The translations under genes and the position numbers were made by a program. Source: Anaeramoeba ignava BMAN (taxonomy: Eukaryota; Protista; Anaeramoebae). From it: DNA of 64,000 nucleotides. The stretch is from NCBI GenBank assembly GCA_028826165.1, contig JAPDFW010000071.1, forward strand, positions 186,001 to 250,000, given 5' to 3'. Shown piece after piece: positions 25,701 through 36,978 of this stretch (position 1 is its first letter; the number at the start of each line of letters is the position of its first letter). The notes under the pieces were generated by a model, which worked only from the letters and a program-made list of their open reading frames with translations, searched no databases and was not told where the DNA came from.

Positions 25701-28044
25701 AACAAATCCGATTTGTCTTTTGGCTACCAATATCGCGGGTTCTGCTATCTTCTCAAAAAGCAATATAAAAGCGCCATTGAAGATGAAAAGAAGGCCATCG
25801 AATTCGCAGAAGATCCAAGTGAGCCACACTTCTTCCTCGGCATGGTTCATCTTTACCAATATCAAATGCACTTCTGGAAAACACAACAAAGCAACACAGA
25901 AATTGCCGAGCAAGCCAAGATTGCTTTCCTGAAAATTTCCAAATCCGAGAAAAGTAATGAAAAATATCGAACAGGATCACAAGCGATGCTGGAGTTCTTG
26001 AACAACAATTTCGAAAAAGCTCACGATATTCTCATGTCTTTAATCGGGAAATTTGATGTCAGCGAAATTATAATCTCGCTGTTTTTCTTTGGTGCTTGTT
26101 GCGATATTTACACAAACAAAATGGATCTTGCGCTTCAAAAATTTAAGAAGATCACAGAGTTCTCGACCACAATCAATTTTCCTGGAGTGCGGAGAGGAAT
26201 CAAGTTTTCTTTGGAGAAAATTAGTTTCCCAGACAGAACAAAATCCTGAGCTCATTTCGGACCAGAATTTTTTCGAGACAATCAGAGATTTTATTGGACT
26301 GAAAAAATATATCAACTTCAAAACGCTTGCTGATGAGCAATTATATTCTTTTATTTGCGAGAAAGTGATTCTTTCGGAAATTGAGAAATACTCAGAAAAC
26401 ATTGAAGAAAAACCGAAAAAACTATCGAATGCGGTCAAATTGCTGATCGAAATTGAACCAAAATCAAAGGGATTCACAGCAGCAACGATCTGCAAATCAT
26501 TGGACGTGATTTATCGTAATATTCTCGAAAGAGACGTTGTGGATCAATCAATTTATGAAGTGCTGAATTATTTTATTTACACTCAAAGACAAGATACAAA
26601 TATTCCTCAAAATGGGATTTTTATGAAACTGATTCAAATTCTTGGCAAAACAGAAAATCTAAATTTGAAAACAATTCTTTTATCAACTTTGAATATTTTT
26701 GAGCCTAGCTTTGTTGGCATTTATGAACAGGAAAGCATTATTTCAAAGTTTCTTGAAATCGGACCATCAGAAAATAGCGAGTTGAATGTTTTACTTTGCA
26801 ATTTAATTTTCAAGTGGAAAGATAATTGTATGCCAGAAACACAAGAGAAAATTTCCAACTATTTAATAAGCTTTCTCGAGAATGAAAAAGCAAAAGAATC
26901 ACCATCAATCCAGGCAATCGGATTTTATATCATTTCACTTGCTAATTTGAGTCCGCAAAGGCTTTCCTTTGAGTTTCTTGAGAAATTCCAAACAGAAAAC
27001 ACAAAATTTTCAACTTCAGATTTTTTTGGCATAATTCTTTTATATTCAGCACAAAAAATATTTTTTTCGATGGATATTTTCTCTGTTGATTCAATTGAGA
27101 AATTGTTTGCATTTTGCTTGAAAATTTGGAGTCGATCAGAAAATTTAAACAACAATTGCATCCGAACAATGGAAACTTGTTACGCAAAATTTTCACAGAT
27201 GCAGACAGACCAAGTTATCAAATTTTTTGAGCAAACACTCGAAAAAATGCTTAGTTTCGCTGAAAACCCGAAACACGCTCCTGATTTTCTTTTTGGTTTT
27301 GCAAGTTTTTTTGTGAGATTCTATCCTCGATTGGATTCTCAATTCTCTTCGCAAATCGTAGATCAATATCTTTCCAAATCTCAGTTGCTTTTGGAAAACA
27401 AAAATGTGACTGAACACGATAAATTGATAATAATAATTTCTATTCTTGGGATGATTTCCAAAATGAATCAAAAAAATCAAATTCAATCAAAAGAAATTCT
27501 TGAAAATTTAAGTGTTTCAAATGAGATCAAGAATTTGATTCAGAAAAAATTAACCAAACGAACAGGAAAAAAGGCCTTCTATTTATTATTTTTCCAACAA
27601 AAATCAATTCAAGAGCGAATTGAATTTATTCGAAGTATTTCTTATTTATCTTTTTGCGAAACTGAAAATATCGAAATTCGTAGTTATTCAAAGTTGGTCT
27701 TGAAATTTTGGAAACTTTCATCTTCGAAAAAAGAAAAATTTGAATGTATTGAGCTACTTTTACATCTTTATTTTGCTCAAGAATGTTGTCAAGAAGTTCA
27801 AGAACTTATTGTTTCAATTCTGATGAAAATTCTTCATCAGGAAAAAACCCAAAAAGGAAAAATTTTTCTTTTTAATCGTTTACGTTCCACTTTTATTAAT
27901 AATGATATTTGGGAAAAAATTAATCAACGTTATAAAATTCAAGAAACTCATGATTTTTCTTTGGAGAATTTGGAAGATTCATATTGGAAATTTTTTACTA
28001 CATCATCAATTAAGATTAAAAATTTAATTCAAACAAAAATTTAA
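22739..28044 (+). CDS. Large TPR-repeat protein with a C-terminal helical (ARM/HEAT-like) region
   Basis: Many TPR motifs (YYNNRG...AIEDY..AI..NP). ORFs 22670-25324, 25164-26249 and 26089-28044 overlap and join via 1-nt shifts at ~25284 and ~26206. The join to the last ORF is less certain. Confidence 0.75.
23354..25033 (+). repeat. Internal duplication of ~650 bp (23354-24010 vs 24377-25033, offset 1023 nt) in the TPR gene
   Basis: Near-identical DNA and protein (EPENNxYLFNRAQCYLQMQRYE...FGLYYYKRGL). Confidence 0.9.
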
Positions 28045-28161
28045 TTTGAAACAAAAACAAAAACAAAAACAAAAGAGAAATTTCTTTTTTTTTGAATTTT
28101 TTTTTTTTGAATTTGAATTTGAATTAAATTAAAAAGAAGATTTTTTTTTGGATTTTCAATT

Positions 28162-30597
28162 TTATTTGAAATTAATTTCTTTCTTTATTGGATCATCTTC
28201 TTCTTGTGCAAAATCTGATTCTTGAACATCGGATTCATAATTTTCTTTTATTTGAAAACGAGAAAGCAAACCCAATTTAATTTTATTAAAATTGCCAATC
28301 ATAACAAGTTTATTTTCTTTTTTTTCGAAAAGAATAATAAAGCTCTGTTGACCAATAAAATGAACTTGAAGAATTTTTGGATTTGCTTTGTGGACAAACA
28401 GTTCAGTTTCAAGAACATTGTTTGAGAACTTATCAGTTCCAAAAACCAAGATGATTTTGTCTTGATCAAAACTAAGTGTTCCATCGATAAAATTTGAAGA
28501 AGAAAGAGCAAGTTTGACGCGAAAATGCCAAGAGTCTTTCGGGAAATATTGCCCAATTTTGAGCTCATTCGCGAGAGAAACAAAACTTGCTTTGATTGTT
28601 GAATTGGTGAACATTGCAAGAATAAAGAAGGAATGACCAAGTTGCAATTTGCATTGATTTTCCTTTTGATCGAAAATGATGCATTCACTTAATCGATATG
28701 ATTGCAATGTGTTGTTTTCATTCCAAAGTGTAAGACAGTCTTCAGTCAAAAATAACTGTGATTTTTTAAGAATTTGTGATAACGGGAGTTCTTCAACAAA
28801 AATTGTGAAGATTGATAAATGCTTGCTTATTGAATGCGTGAGATATTTTGTTCTGAGATGATCAAAAACGCTTGCAAAACTATCTGCAATTTGATTTGAT
28901 GGAAATTCAATTTGGATTGTGTTTTTATGATCCAACAAAATGATTTTGATTCCCGAAAAATTTGGATGATTTGCAATGACTTGGGAAGATTTGTATTTTG
29001 ATGAGAATTTATCGATCATTGAATCAATTTTGAAGCAAGAGTTCTCGAGATTGATGTTTGCTGGGATTTTCCCAATTGATGTGTATATGAAGCATTTATA
29101 TTTGAACGATTTGTTTTTGTTTTTTCTTGAAAGATATTCTCCGCAAGTTTTATTGAAATTACCTGCGAAATTCAAAGCAAGTTTTTTTGACACAAATTCA
29201 ATTGTTATAAACTCAATCTCATCAAGATTTAAAATGCATCTAAGCGGATGAACTTGTGAAATTTCCGCTTGTGAAAATTGGGAAAAGGATCTTGAGATTT
29301 GGAAGTGAGGAAATTCGACAACAAAGTGATTCTCGAATACTCTAATATTCGCAACTGCAATTTTATTCTGGATATTGTCGAGAATATAAAAGTAGTCACT
29401 CCAAATTATGTCTTGATTTTTTAAATTATTATTTTCTGAATCATTATAATAGGGAATATATAAATAAATTGTTGGCGTCAAAATGCACTTATCTAGAACA
29501 AATTTTCTATTTGCAGACATAGAATCGTGGAGAGGACTGTCAAAGGAAAACAACGGAGAGAGTAAAGATGATTGGAAAGTATCATGTCGTTGAAATATTT
29601 TCTTTTTTCGTGTGTCATAATTCATTATAACATCAGAATATAAAGCCAATTTTGAATTAGAAACACCAGATTTCACAGGTAATTGTTTTTCCGCAAACTC
29701 AGAGCAATCAACAACAGCGAGACTTTGCGGGAAATTGCGCTGAATATTCGACAAATTCATTTGGTAGAAAATCAATAAAGTCAAATGAATTAAATTCCTT
29801 TGTAAATTCGACACCAAAAAAATGGCGTTTCCTGAATCAACATTTTCTATTGAAATTTTAAGGATATTTTTCTGTTTTTTAGGGGAATAGAATTCCATGC
29901 AGCCATTATTCCAGGGGACGCACACAGGACTTTCTGTTTTTGAGGAGAGCTTGAAACCTTCCCGATCTATTTGAAGAGTTATTGGAACAGGATCGACTGT
30001 GTTTGAAATTACGCTCACAAAAAAAAGTGCATCTCCTCTTGAATAGCACCGCATTGCAAGCGCTGTTAGTTCTGGCTCTTCCCCAAGAATATCCCCGTTG
30101 GAAACATAAGTTTCCGAAAAAATCGTTGGAAATTTTTGATTCATTTTAAATGTTTTCCATAAAACATATCCTTTCTTTTCCGTTTTTGTTTTGATCTCAA
30201 TCCAATTATTATTTCTTGTTCTTAGCAAAAGCTCGCAAAAGTTATCTTCGTCAATAATCATTTCTATCTTGTTTGTTGTGTATTTTTCATCGACCGTTAA
30301 TGTTCCGAATACGGTTATATTGAAATTATTCGCAAATAAATTCATCGTTCCAAAACTTATATTTCCTTCTAAATTCACTGCAATATTATGACTAGAATTC
30401 ATGCAAGCAAAATTCATTTGGACAGATTTGATCCAATTTTTTTTTATTTTCGATAAAGATTTTTCGTTTGTTATTTTTGATGTGTAATTGTGTTTTTTAT
30501 TTTCTGAATTAATTTTATTTTTTTCAATTTTAGAATTTAAATTTGAAGATTTAGGTTTAAATTTTTTAGGACTTTTAGGACTTTTAGGATTTTGCAT
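28162..30597 (-). CDS. Hypothetical 811-aa protein, possibly tandem PH-like folds
   Basis: Long uninterrupted ORF. Recurring pattern of beta-rich ~90-aa units ending in an amphipathic helix (e.g. IEFVSKKLALNFAGNF, IEFPSNQIADSFASVF, ILFEKKENKLVMIGNF). No family recognised. Confidence 0.6.
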   Translation of the reverse strand: MQNPKSPKSPKKFKPKSSNLNSKIEKNKINSENKKHNYTSKITNEKSLSKIKKNWIKSVQMNFACMNSSHNIAVNLEGNISFGTMNLFANNFNITVFGTLTVDEKYTTNKIEMIIDEDNFCELLLRTRNNNWIEIKTKTEKKGYVLWKTFKMNQKFPTIFSETYVSNGDILGEEPELTALAMRCYSRGDALFFVSVISNTVDPVPITLQIDREGFKLSSKTESPVCVPWNNGCMEFYSPKKQKNILKISIENVDSGNAIFLVSNLQRNLIHLTLLIFYQMNLSNIQRNFPQSLAVVDCSEFAEKQLPVKSGVSNSKLALYSDVIMNYDTRKKKIFQRHDTFQSSLLSPLFSFDSPLHDSMSANRKFVLDKCILTPTIYLYIPYYNDSENNNLKNQDIIWSDYFYILDNIQNKIAVANIRVFENHFVVEFPHFQISRSFSQFSQAEISQVHPLRCILNLDEIEFITIEFVSKKLALNFAGNFNKTCGEYLSRKNKNKSFKYKCFIYTSIGKIPANINLENSCFKIDSMIDKFSSKYKSSQVIANHPNFSGIKIILLDHKNTIQIEFPSNQIADSFASVFDHLRTKYLTHSISKHLSIFTIFVEELPLSQILKKSQLFLTEDCLTLWNENNTLQSYRLSECIIFDQKENQCKLQLGHSFFILAMFTNSTIKASFVSLANELKIGQYFPKDSWHFRVKLALSSSNFIDGTLSFDQDKIILVFGTDKFSNNVLETELFVHKANPKILQVHFIGQQSFIILFEKKENKLVMIGNFNKIKLGLLSRFQIKENYESDVQESDFAQEEDDPIKKEINFK

Positions 30598-30713
30598 TTT
30601 TTAAATTAAAGAAAAAGAAAAAGAAAAAAAATGATTTTAATTTAATTTTTTTATTTGAAATTATAAAAAGAAAAAAAAAGAAAACATCAAATAATTTTGT
30701 TTTTTTTTTTTCA

Positions 30714-33700
30714 TCATTTCTTCCATTCTTGTTGAGGAAAATTCTTCAATAAATCTTGATAAAATTTAGATTGAATAAAACGAGGATAACTATCAGTTTT
30801 CATTAAAGAAAAAACAGCGCTTTGAGCATCAGAAAAAGCTTCAGGATTTGGAACTCTCCATGAAAGCCTTTCTTTGCAATCTCCAAGAATAAAAGAATTA
30901 ATGTTGATTTGGTTATCACTTCCTTCCTTAATAAATTTTTCATAAATATTATTTGCGGCTTCGACTAATTCATCCTCATCAATTTTTTTATATTCTTCGA
31001 TTGCTTTCCAAAACAACAAATTTTCTTCACTAAAATTTTCAACCAAGAAATCCATGAAAAATTTACAGTATTTTTCTTCATTAAGTAGTAAATCAAAAGG
31101 AATCAATTCCAAACTTTTTTGCTTCATTCTTTCCTTCTCATTGTCGCTTTTGGCCTGTTTGTCCTTATCGCTCTTTTGGCTTGGATAAATGCCTTGTAGG
31201 TTGTCTGGGAGTTTGGGTATTTCGATTGATTTGTCATCGAAATCCTTCTTTTGTTTTCTTTTCCAAAAAAAGCTGATACTTCGACCTTCTTTTTTTTTCT
31301 TTTTTTTTCTCTTCAGCGCGTCGGACAAACTCTCGCATTTCTCGCTCAAAGTTTTTGAAGACTGCATCTGTTCAGCAAGTGTCTGAGTAACTTGCTGGAT
31401 TTCTCTTTCCTTTGATTCAAATTGGGTGGCGACAAGCTGCAGGATCTCTTCAAGTTCGCTGATTGAATTGATTGTTCTTGCCTGTCCAAGAAAGTTTCTG
31501 ACAAAGTCGCTGAATTTTAAGATCACGTTCGCATTCTCCTCTTTCTGGTTTGCTGTGTCAGATTGTTTGATTAAGTGGGCTTTTTTGGACTGTTCAAGTT
31601 GTTGGAAAATATTTTCTCTTTTGATTTTGAGATCTTCAATCAATTGTTTTTCGTTCAGAATTTGTTCCTCAATTTGGGATGTTGTCTTGTTGCGCTCCAA
31701 ACGGTTCTGGGATTCTTTGGCTTGTAAATCAACAAGTTTTTTTTCTAATCCTGATATTTTTTTGACTGTTTCAAGTGTTTCGGGGTTGATTTTGCTTGTC
31801 ATTTTTTCTATGTCGACTCCATACTCTTCGAATTGTTTCTGTAGCTTTTGTTTCTCATTTCTGAGATTCTGTAGTTTCGATGAGACTGAGTCTATGTTCT
31901 CTGTTTGTGCTTGTGAAATTTGCGCTGCTTGCACAATATTTTTTTGCAGTTGATTTTTGATTTTTTCCAAATTTTCCATTTGATTTTGGATTTTTTGTTG
32001 GAAATTTTGCAAGGCTTTTGAATCTTCAATTTTGGATTCTTTTGTTAGATCCTTTTGCATTTGGGACAAGGGCTGTGTTTCGTTCAAGAGATTGTGCATG
32101 ATTTGGTTGTATTCCTGATCGAAGATGAGCGAGGTTTGTTTTTCTGTGTCAAACTGCAGAACCTGTTCCTCAACATCATCGAACTCAGAGTCGCTGAGAA
32201 AATCATCGATGTCATCGTCGATGCTCGAGAAGATTTCGTCCTTTGGGGGTGTGTCGTCTTGGCTGATCTTCGGCGCTTTGGCGCTGGTGTCTTGATTAAT
32301 TTGTGTTTTTTCTCGATTAAGCTTCGAAATTTGATCCGATTTCATTTTGATTGAATCGAGAAGAATGTTCTTTTTAACTTCCAATGCCTCTTGTGTTCTT
32401 TTTTCATTGTTCAGTTGCTGTGTGATGATGGAGACTTGCTTTTCAATCTCGCCGTTTTCTTTTTCCAATTCTGTTCGCACTTGTGAAATTTCACTGAGTT
32501 GGATAATTTTCTTTGACATTTCGCTTGTTTCCATTTTTAGCTCAATCACTTGTGCCATGTTATGCAATGTTTCCTCGTTTCTTTTTCTTCTTTCTTCGAA
32601 GAATTTCTGCTGAAGATTTTCAGACAATTTCCGGTAGTTTTCAACTTCCATTTTGTAATTCGCAAGACTTTTTGCCTCTTTTTCTTTATCTTGAATAACG
32701 CTCTCAACTTGTTTTGCCCGATCTTTCCAATATATAATTTCCGATTCTTCTTTTTTTCTGTTTAAGTTCTTTTGAAACTTTTCTTCATCAGGAATTTTTT
32801 CATCATTTGTTTTTGATGTTTTCATTTTTTCTTCAATAATTTCTTTTATTTTTTCTTCAAATTCAACTTGTGATTTTTTTTCGTCTTCAATTAATTTTTC
32901 ATATTCCAAAATTTTCTGCTCGAGTTTTTGGTTTTGTTCCTGAATTTTTTGGAGTTTTTCTTGATCGTTTACTTGTCTATAAATTTAAAATGAATAATTT
33001 TTCAATTTGGATTAATTCATTAATTTTTTTTTGAAAATTGAAAATTGAAAAATGAAAAATGAAAATTAACCCAAAATTCTCTTTTAATATTTGTTGAGTT
33101 TTTTGTTCTAATAATTGTGTTTCTTCAAGCAATCCATTTGATACTATTCTTAATTTCTTTACTTCTTCGTGTTGTTTTTTTAATTGATCATTTTTCTTTT
33201 CGTTTTCTTGAGTGAATTTTGCTCTCATTTTTTCACAAACACTTTTCCATCTTGATATTTCGTCTTTATATGTTTTGATTTGGTTTTCAGGGAATGGTTT
33301 ATCTTTTTCTATATTTTGGCTTGTCTTTTGATTTATATTTTAATTTTAATTTTAATTTTAAATTTTTAAATGAATTTTAATTTTAATTTTATTTGAATTT
33401 TATAAATGAATTTTAATTTTAATTTTAATTTTAATTTTAATTTTAATTTATAAATGAATTTTAATTTTAATTTTATAAATGAATTTTAATTTTAATTTTA
33501 ATTTTAATTTTATAAATGAATTTTAATTTTAATTTTATTTTTATAAATGAATTTTAATTTTAATTTAAATTTGAATTTGAATTTGAATTTTAATTTTAAT
33601 TTTAATTTTAATTTTAATTTTAATTTGAATTTGAATTTGAATTTTGAATTTTAATTTAATTTGAATTTTATAAATGAATTTTAATTTTGAATTTTATAAA

Positions 33701-34177
33701 TGAATTTAAATTTAGATTTTAATTTTAATTTTAATTTGAATTTGAATTTGAATTTTAATTTGAATTTTAATTTTAATTTTAAATTTGAATTTTAATTTTG
33801 AATTTTAATTTTATAAATGAATTTGAATTTTATAAATGAATTTGAATTTGAATTTAGATTCTGATTTTAAAATCAATTACAGTTGGAGAAAGAGGCTTTA
33901 AAGAATCTTGAATTCTTGTTGATTGATTTTTTACAGAAGAATCAAGACCAATACCTTGGTTCCGAGTTGAAAAATTTAAAGAATTTAAACTAAATTCAGT
34001 GTTTTGATTTAAATTGGTTTTTTTTTGAAGTTTTCTTGGTTTTGTATCAATTTTTTTATTTTCAGAAGAACGATTTAATAAATTTGTATCCTCTTCTTTT
34101 TGTTGGTTTTTTGGAGTATTTAATATTTCTTTTGCTTCAACCCAACCATCATTATTTCTATCATTTAAGTTTGTCAT
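30714..34177 (-). CDS. Coiled-coil protein with C-terminal RGS domain (exons 34177-33881, 33324-33071, 32976-30714)
   Basis: RGS signature FMDFLVENFSEENLLFWKAIEEYK...IYEKFIKEGSDNQINI...FSDAQSAVFSLMKTDSYPRF. Both GT-AG introns are phase-compatible. Confidence 0.85.
33335..33860. repeat. (TTTTAA/TTTGAA)n with interspersed TTTATAAATGAA, inside RGS intron 1
   Basis: Visible hexamer repeats inside intron 33325-33880. Confidence 0.85.
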
Positions 34178-34310
34178 TTTTTTTTTAAAATGAAAAAAGA
34201 AAAATGAAAAAAATGAAAAAAATGAAAAAGCAAAAAATTTTTTAATTTCAATTTCAATTTCAATTTCTTTTTGTTTTTTGTTTTTTGTTTTCTTTTTTCT
34301 TTTTGTCTTC

Positions 34311-34342
<32 letters not shown>

Positions 34343-34569
34343 CTTTTCTTTTTGTTTTTTCTTTTTGTTTTTTTTTGTTTTTGTTTTGTTTTGTTTTTCT
34401 TTTTGTTTTTCGAATTCGGAAAAATTTTTTTGGATTAAATTAAATAAAATTAAAAATTGATTTGACAATTTGTTAAATTTTATTTTATTTTATTGAAAAA
34501 TATGAATGATTTCTGTCTATTCTTTTCAAAAAAAAAAAAAAAATTTTCTAATCATTCTTTTTATTTCTT

Positions 34570-34986
34570 TTATGACTTGATTTTGATTTTAGATTTTGAT
34601 TTAGATTTTGATTTAGATTTTGATTTTGGTTTTGATTTTGATTTTTTTTTTGATTTTGGTTTTGATTTTGATTTTGATTTATATTTTTTTGTTGGATTTT
34701 TCTTTTCTGTTTGTTTATTTATTTCATCATTTTGAGTTGATTGAATTTGGTTCGCAAATTCACTTTCAGTTTCAGTTTCCATTTGGATTGTATTTTGATT
34801 TGATTGAAAGTCTCTTTTTTGTTTTATATTTTCTTCAATTAAATCAGTTGTTTCTTTTCTTTTTTTTTCTGGTTTATTTTGTAAAATTTTGTTAAATTCT
34901 TCAAGTGATTTCTCTTTTGGGAATCCAACTATAAATTGCAAATCACAAGCATTTGAAAAATTTACTTGAAAAAAGTTTTTTGTCAT
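34570..34986 (-). pseudogene. Short ORF with a BTB-like N-terminal strand motif followed by low complexity; probable gene fragment
   Basis: CDLQFIVG resembles the BTB start (SDxxFxVG), but no HKxIL/RS motif follows. The ORF ends in an (AAATCA)n repeat. Confidence 0.3.
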
Positions 34987-35150
34987 TTAAATTTTTAAAC
35001 AAATATTTATGCACCTTTTTGCCCCTTTGAATAAAAAAAAATTTTTTTAAATAAAAATTGATTAAAAACAAAACAAACAGAAAAGAAATTAAAAAAGAAG
35101 AAAAGAAATTAGAAATAAAAAAATGAAATGATTTAAATAAAAAAATTTTT

Positions 35151-35180
35151 TTTTTCATTTTTTCATTTTTTCATTTTTTT
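35151..35180 (+). promoter_or_regulatory. Example of a tandem TTTCATTTT initiator-like motif upstream of a start codon
   Basis: Three copies just upstream of ATG 35203. The same strand-oriented motif precedes most genes in the window. Confidence 0.45.
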
Positions 35181-35202
35181 TTCAATTAAAAAATTTATTA
35201 AA

Positions 35203-36885
35203 ATGAAATTATTTTTCGCTTTTTTCTTTGTTTTATTTGTTTTTTATGTTTCAGCTGGTTATGTCAATTTAACTATGAATCAAAAATTAGATCATTTTAA
35301 TTATCTTGATGATAGAACATTCAAACAACATTATGTTGTTAATGCTGATTATTATCAACCTGGTGGTCCTGTTTTTTTAGATATAACTGGTGAAGCACCA
35401 CTAGAATATTTTATTAAAACTGTATTTTAATTTTAATTTTAATTTTAATTTTAATTTTAATTTTATTTTAATTTTATAAATGAATTTTAATTTTAATTTT
35501 GTAAATGAATTTTAATTTTGTAAATGAATTTTATTTTTATAAATGAATTTTAATTTTGTAAATGAATTTTAATTTATATTAAATTTTCTTAAATAAAAAG
35601 TATGGATTCCCAATAGAATTAGCATCAAAATATAATGCACTTTTTGTTTCACTTGAACATAGATATTATGGTACAAGTCATCCATTTCCAAACAATCCAA
35701 CAAATGAACAAATGACTTATTTATCATCACAACAACAACTGGCGGATCTCGCAGCATTCCACGATCTAATAATGGATCAATTTAATTTACCTGAAAATAC
35801 AACATGGATAGCATTTGGATGTTCATATGCAGGAATGTTATCAGCATGGTTCAGAATGAAATATCCACATATGATTGCAGGTTCATATAGTGGAAGTTCA
35901 CCTGTTCATGCCAAAATTGATTTCTTTGAATACAATCTTGTTTGCCAAGAAGCACTTGATCCATCTTGTTTAGCATCTTTAAATCAAGCTTTAACAGATG
36001 TTAAAACTTTGCTTCAAACACCAGATGGTCAACTTCAATTACAACAAATGTTCAATGTTTGCACTCCTTTTACCGATAATTTTCAAATTGTCAGTTTTGA
36101 GTATTCAATTGTGGATTATTTCCAAGGTGTAATTCAATATAATAATCCACCTAATTATCCTAAAGAAACAATGTGCCAGATCTTAACTTCAGCTCCTGAT
36201 CCACTTCAAGCTTATGCTGAATTAGTCGTTTCCGATAGTAATGGTAATTGCATTGATTTATCTTCAAACGGTTTGAAATCTGTTGCAAGTGGTGGTAATT
36301 CTTGGTGGTGGCAATGTTTAACTGAATTTGGATTCTATCAAACTTTTCTTGCTAATGAATCTTTTGGATTTCCTGATATTAATGTTGAATATTATCAAGA
36401 AATTAACAACATTGTTTTCGGAATTACAATGGATCCTGATGCTGATTTTATTAACCAATTTTTTGGTTCTACTGATCCAAAAGATGTTACTAATATTATT
36501 TTTACAAATTCGAAATATGATCCATGTAAGAAATAAATAATTTTTAATTTTTAATTTATTTTATCAACAACAAAATAATTAATTTTTAATCTTTTTTTAT
36601 CTTTAAATCTTTTAGGGTAAATTTCAATCTTTTAATTTTTATTTATTATTTTTTAAATTCAAATTTAAATTAATTTAATTAATTTAAAATAAAATAAAAA
36701 GGTCAAGTTTATCAGTTTTAAGAAATATTTCAGATACAGTTACTTCTTATGTTTATACATCTGCAGGTCATTGTGCTCCATTTCATTTTTTTAATTCAGA
36801 AATGCAACAAGATGTTATTGATGCAAGAAATGCAATTGATGAATTTGTTCAAAATATTATTTCATCTTCAAAATCATCAAATTAA
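35203..36885 (+). CDS. Serine carboxypeptidase family S28 (PRCP/thymus-specific serine protease-like); exons 35203-35421, 35601-36525, 36616 (1 nt), 36702-36885
   Basis: Signal peptide, QKLDHF...TFKQHY, LEHRYYGTS, YLSSQQQLADLA, nucleophile GCSYAG, WWWQCLTEFG, IIFTNSKYDP(W) and catalytic His in AGHC. Confidence 0.9.
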
Positions 36886-36978
36886 TTTTCAATTTTTCAA
36901 TCAATTTTCAATTTTAAATCAATTTTCAATTTTAAATCAATTAATTAATTAATAAAAATCAAGATTTAAAATAAAAAA

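Noticed and set aside
35016-35025. Possible 10-nt minus-strand micro-exon (AAG-GGGCAAAAAG-GTGCAT) upstream of the BTB-like fragment
   Set aside because: It would join in frame (GQKVNFS), but no upstream ATG-bearing exon was found and the downstream gene looks incomplete.
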